Assembly (NCBI GenBank): GCA_023213395.1
Contig: CM041465.1
Location: 71,307,741-71,371,740 of the forward strand
Reading direction: 5' to 3'
DNA length: 64,000 nt
Source of the DNA: Cycas panzhihuaensis
Lineage: Eukaryota > Plantae > Cycadophyta
The notes under the pieces were generated by a model. It saw nothing but the letters and a program-made list of their open reading frames with translations, was not told the DNA's origin and ran no database searches. A program made the position numbers and the translations under genes. Positions 52,411 to 64,000 of this stretch are shown one piece after another; the stretch's first letter is position 1, and every line of letters starts with the position of its first letter.

Positions 52411-55400
52411 ATGGCTGTCATAGATTCAATAATTGATATCTGGGTGCAGCAACCGTCTTCACCATCTGCATAATCATGGTGGCGACGTCGGAGCAATGCA
52501 GAGCGTTTTTAATTTAAACGTTTTTATTTTATTTTTTATAAAGTTTCAAAAAAATTAAATTATATTACATAAAGTTTCAATTCTAATTTTAACACCTTAA
52601 GCCCCCTGGTCACTTCAACTCATGTGATTGTTAATTACTTTGTTAAAGGGGCCAACATAAAAGTTATACATTTTTTTTCCTTTTATTTTATTTTTTTAAT
52701 TTTTCATTTCACATGGGGTACCTGGAAAAATTTTTCCATATCTTTTGACTATATCATCAGTTTCTAATGAAACCTATCCCATTGTGTCTGAAATTTTTTG
52801 AGGTATGATTTTGACTGGTCATATACCATATTTAGAGATGATTTGACCTGATTTTAATCAGTTTAAAGTCAATTAGTGATTTTCAAAGTTGGTTTAAACT
52901 ATTTTCACAAAATCCCTTCTTTATTAGATTATATTTTATCATTGAGAGATTATTTTTTACCTGGATCTTCTTTGTAATAATCTATTATCAGAAAACTTCA
53001 TCCCCACCTACTCATTTTAATTTTTAGGATTTATTTTAATTATCATTTTAATTAGTGAAAGTGATACTTTTTAAATATTTTAACATAAAAGTTCTTGTTG
53101 CTATTTTTATTATAATTTTTTTGTTTTACATCAGAATTCAAATTTGTCAGTCTCGTTGGGAAGTTGACTCACTCCTCTTCGGACTAACACTATTATTTAT
53201 AAGTTTTAAAGTGTTTTTTTAAATTTTTAAATCCATCAAATTTGAAGTACATAATAGCCTCTAATTTGTCATTATTACATACTTACATATATTATTTCTC
53301 AAAAATTTTAATTAAAAATTATTAATCTACCTCTAAACTATATTTGATCTTTTTTTTTATCATTTTATAAATTTTGTACTAGCATTTTGTAATATTTTTG
53401 AGTCCCATGCTCTTATTAAGCCTCAAATAGAGGACTATATCTTTGGTACATTAAATCTTCACTTGCAAGAATCCATTCTCAAAACGGTCAATTTTATTGA
53501 CTAGATATTTCTTTGATCTTCAAACTAGTATAATTTCACTTTATTCTGACATTGTTTAGTACAATTTTGAAGCTGCTAAACTTGAGCATTCAGTATATCC
53601 TAATAAGCTTGTCCTCTAAACTTTTCTTTTAAGAAGTTCTTTATTTTATTTCTCTATTCTATTTAAGTATTTTCATTTGAGCTTCATATAAGTTTTTTTA
53701 AAGTTGTTTTATTATAGAAATTAATTATAAAGTAAGTGATAAATCAATTGGTCCTACAACTTAAACAAGTATAATTCATTTTTTTTTAAGTTTCTTCTTC
53801 ATTTTTTTTTTAAGTAAAAATATACATATATATTTCAGTTTTTAGCTTTATATCTCTTCATCAAGACAAAAATATTTCATGCACTAAAAAAGAAAGTCAT
53901 TTTCTTGCATAGAAAGTTTGTATTTATTCATTTAAAAAATTAAAAGGTTAAGAATTTTTTATTTTTCATCATTAAAGTTTCAATTTAGACCCACATAGTT
54001 AAGAAGATCTTAGTTACATTTAAAATTTACTTATATATTCATTATATTTCAAATTTTATCTAAAATTATATCTTATAAGTTTGTTATTTATTGAGTTCTT
54101 TGACTTTGTAAAAGTATATCCCTTTTATGTATTGAAGTTTTTTGTAAAATGGCAATCAATCTTAATAAAGTATAATTTCCTATATTTGATGGCCATAATT
54201 TTTTACTATGGTATAAAACAATGCAAAATTATTTTATTACACATAATCTTTAGAGTTACCTACAAGATGAATATGATCTTACTATTAAATAAAACTTTAA
54301 AAAGGACAATGAAGTCTTAGGAATATTATTTTACACTATAGATGATAATGCATTTTCTAAAGTGTGTGAACTAACAACTTCCAAATCTGTATAGGACATC
54401 TTAATTTCTAATTATGGGGGAGATACCCTCAATGAATTTAACGTTGATATTATTGAGCATGTGAGACAGGTGCCAGAGCAGGTGGATTGTAATGACAAGA
54501 CCAAGGAAGATTAAAGTCAAATGCATGATCATCTTGTTACACAAGAACCTGATCCTCCATTTAAGGGGGAGAAATATGATGATATGACTGTTGATCACAA
54601 TACAAAGACTTCAGAAGACAAAGTTAAAGTTTCAGTTGATAAAGTTAAAGTTGCAGCCACACCTCCACATTTGAATAAAGCTACATTTACTTACAGATTT
54701 TTTACACCACTCAATGACGAAGACACACATATTGTTAAAGTGATGAAGCAAGTTAGAAGCGATCAAGCTACAAAATAGATATTTAAAGTTTTCTTCAAAT
54801 TCAAATTTCATAAGTTTAAAGAGAAGATAAGTTGTTCATGATAACCATTAAGAGGGAGAATTGGGGTTAATGATCATCACCCCACTCCCACCTTTCAACC
54901 AGGAGTGCACATCCCACTCCCACCAATTTATATATGTGGGTACTCACATGTGAAGGTAAGTATAAGGTAAGGTTAAGTTGATTTGATTTAATTTGAGTTA
55001 AGTTAAGTTATATTTTATTATTATTTAAATTTTAGAGGTTAAGGAGTTTCCCTCCTTCCCCAAACTATATATTTGGAGGGGTGTGCAACCCTAGTGTTTT
55101 TAGACACTGCCTACTTTTAGACATTTGTAATATTCTCTCTCAAAGATGGATTAAATACAAAGGATTTTCTGTTTTATGTGACAATATATTGATCATGTGT
55201 TTATGATCTGCCCTGTTCTCCATCATTTATTTTTCCTACATTTGGTATCAAAGAAAGGATTAGCTCCTACATTTAGTATCAGAGCTTAGTTTAGCTCCTA
55301 CAAAAAGTTGAAGGAGCTCCTTCTTATGGAAGAAGGTAAGCTCAAATATCATGTGTTTGTATGTACCATGGATACTAATCATGCCTTAACCTTAAAATTT

Positions 55401-56863
55401 TAATAAAATAAGGATGAAGATAGGGATAAACATTCACATAAAGAGGCCATTAATAAAGAGAAGAAGAAGAGATATAATAGTTCATGTATTTATTATGAAA
55501 AGATGGGCTATAAGGAAAAGGATTTCTAGGTGAAGAGAGAGAACTTAAGACCCATGGGAAGAAGAAGATTGCAACTTATTATATATGAATATCAACTCAA
55601 AGATTGCCAGATTGAAAGGACTATTAGGTGATTGACTCAAGGACACAACATCATATCTCTTCTAATAAGTAAATTTTTTAGGTGTTAAGGAAAAATCATG
55701 GACAAATGAACATCATACTCAATGATGCTAGTGTGGTACAAATTAAAAATACTAAAACAATCATAGTGAAAGGTAGTTATCTTAAGAAGGTATATTATAC
55801 ACCTAGAATGAATCATAATCTTCTTTCTACCTAGGACACCTGGGTATACTTTTCTAAAGATAAGTCAGAGGTGAAATAATTTAAAGCACCAACTAAAAGG
55901 ATATGTGAAAATTAAATCAAATTATTAAAGAGTAATTATGGAAAAGTTTATGACAATCACATTCCTAAATTTTATTCTAATCATAGTATTAAGTTAATCC
56001 CCATATGATGGAGTTACCATATGAAAAGTTAATACCTTAATCAACATAGTATTATGTATAGTGCAAAAACAACATATGTTATCCAATTTTTGGATAGAAG
56101 CTATGAGGACTATTGTTTATATTATGAACTAAATTCCAACCTCTATAGTTTAAAATATGATACCACATAAAAAATGGACTGGCTAGAAGCCTTCCATTAA
56201 AAAAAAAAACCTTTGAGCACATTATAAATGCATTAATCCCTGATAAATAGTTGAAGAAATCTAACCATAGTTACAAAATGGCTTTTATAGGATACTATGG
56301 AAATAATCATACATATAGACTATAAGATATGGTGATGTAGAAGTTTCTTCATTACCAGGATATAAAGTTTAACAAAGTATTAACATACTAATTTGATAAG
56401 CCTATGTTATTAGATGTTTGTTACCCCCCCTTCATGACATCTCCTAATCCTACAAAGGTTGAGCTCTAAGAGAAAGATGAAGTAAAAGGTAATAAAGAAT
56501 ATTAGTTACTTGTTGAGGAGACAAAAACCTCCTCTAAGTCATTATTATCCATAACTGAGGATGTAACAGAAAGGCTAATCAAAACTTGAACTGCTAGTCA
56601 ACTTTAATGGTGAAAGTCATCCACTCCTATATTCTTGATTCATCATAGCAAATGAATCTTTCTTGGATAGTAATTATGGAGTAGGACAAAGGTTCTTTAC
56701 CTAGAAATATACCTCCTATTCGAATTGACCTTAAGACGATGATTGCACCCATTGTTCAAAAGCCAACGAATAGGTCAAATATAACAACAACACGTGGTGG
56801 AGAGTTACATCAAAATAATATTTGGTCTATATTTTTTTTACCTATACTTGAGGAGATTATATC

Positions 56864-59800
56864 TATTAAAATGGCATTATATCACCTATCTCAACTAATA
56901 TAAATGTGGTGAAATATTGTGTGAATATATTATGATGGAATAATATTTTATTATATGAGTTGATGGATGTAATATTATTAAAATATTTGAGACACTTATG
57001 GATTTATATAAAGGGATCTAAAGTCCATTATACCTTGCATTATTCTATATCAATGTAATCTATATTCTATGTTGTGTTTTTATCACAAGGTTTCCCATGT
57101 CAAATCTGTTTCACATGCTTATTCCTTTCATGTCTATTGTGTATATAAATGATCTATTGCTTATTAATTTCTAATATGGTATCATAGTAAATAGTCATGT
57201 ACAAGTAAGCAAGTATTACGTGGATTATTTAGATTGCTAGTTGCCAGGTAGTGCTAGCTCAAACCTAGAGGATTGACTTCTCTAATAACTAAAAGAGTAG
57301 CCACAATAATATAATGATCATTTTTATATGCAGCTCAGTTATCTCTTTTTATTAGATTTGTTACTACAGCATTCTCTATATAGTAATCTTCTAGGTATGG
57401 AAAGAGAGGAGGACATAGTAGAAGCTAGGATTTTAAAGGTGCCAAATGTATTTATCTGTGTTTCCACCAAGTTTGTAGTAGTGAATAAGAATCGTAGGCC
57501 TCACCGAGAGCACGCAGATGTAATAAAGAAATGTCATTAGATTGATAGCTATAGGAGAGAGACTTTCATTTATGGGAGAGACATGTATGAATGTAGCCTC
57601 ATTTGGAGGTATACAAGCCCTTTAACATAGTTGGCAAGATGCCTTTTTTTTATTACAAAAGAAGCTAGAGATATATACAACCATTCATTATGAAGGTATA
57701 CTAGTTTATTGAGGTTATGGTGAGGAGAGTTAAGGCATAGCAACCATAGTGTGCGCCATTACAATGAGTGAATGTAGTTGTCACTATTGTGTTGAAGTCA
57801 CAACCAATTAGAGTGTCTTCTATCATCACACCATTATGGAAGTAGTTATAATATTGTTACAAAAGGAAGTATGAGAATTAAAGAAGACTTCAAAGTTGTT
57901 GTAGTATCTACATTGCATAGGTTTTATAATTATATGTATTACCAGCATAAGTGTTATGATATTTATGGGCTTCTCAAAGGTATTTTACACTATTTTAATC
58001 GTCTATTAATTTGATTCAATATATTTATTCATCTAGATCTTTTTACCAATGGTATAAAGTTATTTTTTATGATTGATTTTTGATACATCAAAGTTTCTCA
58101 TTATCATATATATTGATCAACAGTGATACTATCTTTCCAAGTTTCTTTAATACATTTAAGTGCCTTTATTTGATATATTAAGGTTATTGTTAATATGTCG
58201 AATTGCCATTAAAGTCATACTAATATCAAGAGATGCCTTTCCTTTTTAATTTATTTCAATTTATTATTAGGCATGTTGATGTATATAAGGGTGCATATAT
58301 ATTATGACTATTAAAGTGGCATAAATATTTCATAAAGCTTTATTTTAATATGATGGCAAAGTGAGTGGTTTAGGCATGTTTTGCTGGAAGAATAAATAGT
58401 TGCATCTATTGTATAAGATATCTATATCAGTGCATTTTTTCATTGCTTGATATATTGAATAGTTTGGACAAGCAGATAGATAATTTTGTTCCTAGTTGCA
58501 TCAATGCTACATTGACTCAAGAGAGGTGTTTTATTTTAGTTTTATAGCAATGTTTTAAATCAGACTTGTGAAGTGAAGAGTTTAGATTTATTCTTTCATT
58601 TAGAAGTTCATTAGCCTATTTTTTAAGTGGTTATCAGTTTGGTAAACTTTTAGATTTTAGGTGATTGAACAGACTGTCATGTGGGGGATTATAGCCTATT
58701 AGAGGTCGGTTTGGGGTCTTATATTTACTATTTTTTAAGTCATGGAGAAGTTGGTTTCGTTGGTTATCTTTAATGGGAATAACTTCAATGAATAGAAGGT
58801 AAATATGGAACTAGTCCTCTTAGTTAACCAGCTTTGGGGCATCACCAAATCTAAATCACTAAGTGTTCCCTTAGATGAGAAAGAATGCATTCATACTAAG
58901 GAGAAATAATTCATGGTTATAATATCATTAAAGTTATCTTTGGCCTTGAATCATAGAGCTTTAGTCCATAACCTTAAAGCCACATATAAAATTAAGACCA
59001 AATTATATTAGACATTTGAGAAGAAGAAAACCAATCATCATGTTGCTCTTATGATGGAATTATTGAATTCTAAAGTTGAATATGAGAACAACATTAGTTT
59101 ATGCCTGAATAAGATCATTGATTTGAGAAATAAGTTTAAAGTCAAACTCAATTGATGATGCATTACTTTTTGTCATTATTATGTCAAAGTTACTTGCCAC
59201 ATTTAGAACCTTCCAAACTATTTATGTAAGGGATGAAGTTATGGAAAGTGAATTATTTGAGTTACTAAAAATCTTTATTCTTATATAGGATGCCAAGTTA
59301 AATCATCATGGGATGCTTAATGGTTCTAGTTTAAATCAGGCTTTGGTCATAAAGACATAAAGAAAGGATGTGGTTCAGGAGGGAAAGTCTACATAGAAAA
59401 TAGATTAGACTTCTTAGAAGAAGAAGAAGTTCATGGGTAAGTATAATTACTACAAGAAATAGGGTCATAAAGAAAAGAATTATTGGTTTAAGAAGTGGGA
59501 TAAGTACAAGGCTAACTAAGATAAAAAGGGTAAGAGTGTTATGGCACATTGTACTAGAGTATCAATGTGGTCATTTGAGTTAAATTAAAAAGACTATTGG
59601 ATCCTAGATTCAGGTGCTAAAAATACATCACCTATCAAAAGTAAAACTTTGATGCCATGGATGTATATACAAGTGATGCTAATATGATTCTTGGAAATGC
59701 TTATGTTTTGCCTATAGAAGGTGTTAGTTCAATGGTATTTATTATGTGCCTAAGATGAAGCTTCATCAAAGTGAAGAACAACTTGCATATACATTTACCA

Positions 59801-60260
59801 ACGCTCTTACTAAAGACCATTTTATCAAGATTCATACAAATTTAGGGCTTAGTAAAGTTATCCTTGAGGGGAGATCTATCAACAAGGATAAAGAGCAAGG
59901 TTAACCCTTAGGAAGACTTCAAGACCCCATATTTATATTAAGAGGGGGTGTTAAAGTGACATTATATCACTTATCTGATTAATGTAAACATGGTGAAATA
60001 TTATGTAAATATATTATGATGTAATAATGTGTTATTATATGGGCCAAAAGATGTAATATTATTGAAATATTTGATGTAATTATGGATCTATATAAAGGGA
60101 TCTAAAGTCCATTGTACCTTATGTTATTCTATATCAATATAATCCATATTCTATGGTGGGTTTTTACTATGATATTTCCCATGTCAAATCTATCCCATAT
60201 GCTTGCTCCTTTCATGTCTATTATATACAGAAATGATCTGTTACTTATTGATTTCTAATA
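56864..60260 (+). mobile_element. 3.4-kb non-autonomous Copia derivative (gag plus protease only; TR-GAG-like)
   Basis: LTRs 56864-57176 and 59949-60260; TSD ATATC; PBS TGGTATCATAG; PPT AAGAGGGGG; gag/PR 58742-59750 (WILDSGA) joined to RNase H tail (EEQLAYTFTNAL). Confidence 0.88.
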
Positions 60261-61199
60261 ATATCAGGTACAAACCTTTGAGGTCACTAATAAAGGACAA
60301 GATAAACTATTGTATCAATTAAATTGTGCTAAAGGTACAAACCCTATGATCGATTTGGACTTATCTTTAATTGGTGAAACATTATGACCTGTGAAAGAAA
60401 CTCTTAGTTTATGGGAAGAGTACCTACGAGATTAAGTATTAATATTAGAAGTAAGATACCAATCAATTGTTTAAGAGGTATTTTATGAAAGCAAGCTTTA
60501 AGTGGAATCTTCTTCAACCACTAATTAGGTTGTGAACTAATTCAAGGAATTATTAGATAAATGGAACCAATCAACACTCAGCGAGATCATTCTTAAGGGG
60601 GGGTCAGTCTACAAGGATGGACCACTTAACTAACAAATGGAGTAGTTAATTCTTCTTCATCCCCTATTTGCATTAAGGGTGGATGTTAGCAATAGTTAAC
60701 TTAAGTTAACTATATACTTAATGCTTCATTAGGGGATAGTTATCACAAGTAGATGTGACAAAGGGACATGTCCCTATATAAATAGGTATGATGAAGAGTT
60801 GTGTTACAACATCATTTTGGGGTATATTTATATGTACCCCCTTGGTATTCTAACTATTAACTTGGATCAAATGTAATCTCATCAAGTCTACTCATATTCC
60901 ATCTCATCGTCTTATTGAATATTTTATTATTTTTATATTTCAATATAATAAATATTATGTTAGCGAGTTTTCTCTCTTAGGAGTTTCCCATGATAAGTCT
61001 AGTATTTAAGTTTTATTGTACATGTTCTTGGTATGTAACAGTCCCTACCTCTGGTTGGATTAACACCTGACCTATAACCTACATATACATAAACTCTAAC
61101 AAGTTTAAAAGGAACTAGTTAGAGAAAGTATCAAACAATTATCATTTGTATAGGATAAACCCTAAGAACCTTAGATATAGGAAGAATAAGAATGGATAT

Positions 61200-62500
61200 T
61201 GAAGAAATAATTGGGAGAGGAAGATGTTAGAAAATTTGGAACAAGTAAGGAATTAATAGGGGAATTGGACCCATGGGTTATAGTTCAATTAAAAAATAAG
61301 TAGTTATCATTGATTCCTACCCAACCACTGACATTTGATAAGGATATTGAGGAGATGTTCTACTTGTGGACCAAGTAGGATAAAGGCCTTAAAAAGGAAA
61401 TAGTTAAAGGGAAGAAGATGACATAATCATTTACATGGTCCATTAAGGATGACACTACTATGGAATTAGTAGACTTACATCTAGCCATTAGATTGCTAGT
61501 AAAAGGGAAAGTTTCTACATTATAAGTTCATCTAGAATAATTGATATAGGAAAACGTAAATTTGAGAGAAGGAAATTTAATTCTAAATAAGAAAATAAAA
61601 TGGTTTAAGAAGACTCTACAACCAACTAAGAAATATGATAATTAGATCTTCAATACAGACTTGTTTCTAGGACCTTATACATGGAGACTTTTTAAGAGGA
61701 TATTCTCTTTGTGTGATAAAGTCGAGAGACTAAAAATGGTGATTGCTAAAATAAGGACCATCTTTTCTATGGAATTATAACTAGAAAGGACCACCTTTTC
61801 TATGGAATTATAACTAGAAGGAGTCCTTTCCAAGTTCAAAAATAGAGTAACTATGAAAGAGGATCAAAATAAGGAATTACATCAACATTTTATTTAGAAA
61901 TGAAAACATGTTCTGGATTTGAGAATAGAGAAGATTAAGATAATAACAGTTGGTGGTAAGGAATTTAAGATGACTTTAAGCAATACTTCAAAAGAAATGT
62001 TCTTAATTATTCCTTATTTAAATGCATACATGTTGGATAAAGATCAAATAAGAGACAAATATGAATTTCTAAAAATAGATAGTGAAGAATCAAAAGGAAA
62101 AAGAAGCAACATGTTAATCTTGATAAGATAATTGAAATTGGTGAATTGGCAAAAAGAGCTTAGGATTGGGGGATCTATTAGGTCACCCTTAGAACTCTAT
62201 TGGAATAACAAAATCAAAGTCTTGACCCTATTGAAATCAAGTATGCAAATTGGAGGGGGCTTTAAAGAGGAGAAGTTTATTTTTAATATATATTCTACAT
62301 ACAAAAATAGACATTAAGTCTAGTGCATCTTTTTTAAATCTTATCCAAGAATGAGATTAGACTTCCATAGGTGACAACATCTAAGATTCTAATACTCTAA
62401 TAAGTATCAAAGTGTGAATCATGCTATGATTGGATGTGGGATGTAGACCTCTAACCATATTCCTTAGTTTCTAGATGTTTACCTTAATTGTCGTATTAGA
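61200..62500 (+). mobile_element. Very degenerate LINE-like fragment (ORF1-like, endonuclease-like FNIYSTYKNR)
   Basis: Weak motif resemblance only; includes a 33-bp tandem duplication at 61753-61820. Confidence 0.35.
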
Positions 62501-64000
62501 TGAAATAAGATTTTTAACTATCCTACTTTGATGGTGACATTTTTCAATTTTCATACTAAAATAAGACTTGTCTATAATGATTATTCATAAATAATAAGAT
62601 TATTTGTATAAAATCTCACTTATTCACGTTGATAGAAGGAGGCTTCGACTACTTTTTCGAGAAGTATGAAATCCTAATGATAGAACTAATATAGAAGATG
62701 GGACCAAGAAAAGGTATTAAAAGAGAGATTGTCATTAGAAGTAAGTCAAATGATTCTTATTTGGAGGCTCTATTTTTTCTTATGATATTTTAATTTTTCT
62801 TCTTCTTACAAACTTAAGATGATTACTAGGTTGAAGCTAGCACCATCTTATTTTTTTGCATTATTTTCCTTTATGTAATTCCATGTTCTTGGTAAATCAT
62901 TACATGTACTTTTAAATAATCTCATTTTTTAACTAAACTATAATAGACAACATGCTCTTTGATATGCGTGAGTGCTATATGAGACCTTATCTACATTAAT
63001 ACATTTTTTGTTAGTTTGTATGAGGGGTATACTTAGACAACCAAAGGGTACATAATATATTTTACATCTAGACTATAGAGTCATATATTTAGATTAAATA
63101 TAGTTTTCTCTGAATTATAACAAATAATAACATTTATTCTTAGACTATTATGAAATCTATTTGATAGATTATTAATGAATAAGTTTCTCCTTGGGGAATT
63201 TAAGTATAATATGTATTGTAGCTTATGGTGGCTAATAGATTATTATAGTGTTCTTTCTCAAGACTCGTTATTAATAGATACATGAATATTAGCTTGGCTT
63301 AGTTGGTAACATTGTATCATCATTAACATTGGGTATTATGAATATGTGATTTATTATATCATTTTTATATCAATATAGGTGATAGCACTGCATACATTTA
63401 ACCATTACTAGCTAAAGCAAGTTATCATCATACTCATATCTATGTATATTATGTATATGCTATATTATATAAGCTAATGGGCATATAATAGAGTTGAATA
63501 TTTTGTAGTTATCTTTATGTTATCTATGCTTAATCATTAAACATATAGAGAAAATCTTATTATAGCCAATCTTTAGGGGTGTATGGTAATAGAGAATAAT
63601 ATTATTATTAAATGTGATTGAGATTTTACAACTATGCCTTTATGGCACTTGACATTCTAAAATTTGTTGCTGGCCTCCTAGGATATTATGATTTGAGTTG
63701 TTTGGTCCAGGAAGTGTTAAGTTCTTTAGAATCTAAGAAATCATATGCTCTGATCTATATATAAAGCAGAATAAATGAACTATGTAATAAAACATATGAA
63801 ATAAACAAGCATAACTCAAATGGACAAAGTACAGGTGAATTTGTTACAATGTAGAGCTCTATTTGGGTAGAGCTCCTACAATAATCATAATCCAATATAT
63901 AATACAATGGTGTGGGGCTTAACTTATTGGAAACCCACCACTATTTTAAGAGATACAATAGGCCAACTAAATAACAAATACGGTAGAACCAATCACATTA

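Larger units (their letters stand above)
43234..55302 (+). mobile_element. Non-autonomous Copia-derived LTR element (LARD-like) carrying captured host-gene fragments
   Basis: LTRs 43234-43687 and 54859-55302; TSD AAAAG on both sides; PBS TGGTATTAGAGCC 43690; PPT AAGAGGGAGA; no gag/pol except a Copia-like RNase H tail at about 54780-54845. Confidence 0.9.
40787..61101 (+). mobile_element. Old, internally deleted Ty1/copia element hosting two nested insertions
   Basis: LTR homology 40991-41284 vs 60810-61101; PBS TGGTATCAGTGC 41285; PPT AAGGGTGGA then TGTTAG at 60684; gag 42700-43233 continues at 55308 with knuckle, PR and INT remnants; RT not recognised; left end uncertain, no TSD. Confidence 0.75.

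Noticed and set aside
62500-64000. Possible further LTR or leader remnants
   Set aside because: Too degenerate; no termini or domains could be supported.

Overview
AT-rich eukaryotic (land-plant) genomic DNA, almost entirely nested, decayed retrotransposons. Element types and decay pattern suggest a large-genome non-angiosperm such as a gymnosperm or fern (inference). No intact protein-coding gene, rRNA, tRNA or CRISPR array was recognised. Left to right: (1) a probable LTR and leader of a minus-strand element (1-3551); (2) a non-chromovirus Ty3/gypsy with four gag zinc knuckles, two extra capsid-like motifs between protease and RT, a hairpin array, an extra 3' ORF and a 3' LTR (3552-12941); (3) a Copia RT remnant; (4) a chromovirus (13463-35770) split by a minus-strand LINE, which is itself split by a Copia whose 3' end is quadruplicated; (5) a 1.7-kb CpG-retaining island that looks like a spliced Pol II transcript without a long ORF (36.6-38.3 kb); (6) an old Copia (about 40.8-61.1 kb) hosting a gag/protease-only Copia derivative and a 12-kb non-coding LTR element with TSD AAAAG. 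That 12-kb element carries captured host-gene fragments (eEF1B; GH17 beta-1,3-glucanase with X8 domain), has tandem tRNA-Met-complementary repeats inside its LTRs, and contains a complete nested chromovirus. Two different LTR families carry a GT-AG intron-like segment in U3. Stops are mostly CAG/CAA>TAG/TAA and TGG>TAG/TGA, consistent with methyl-C deamination.
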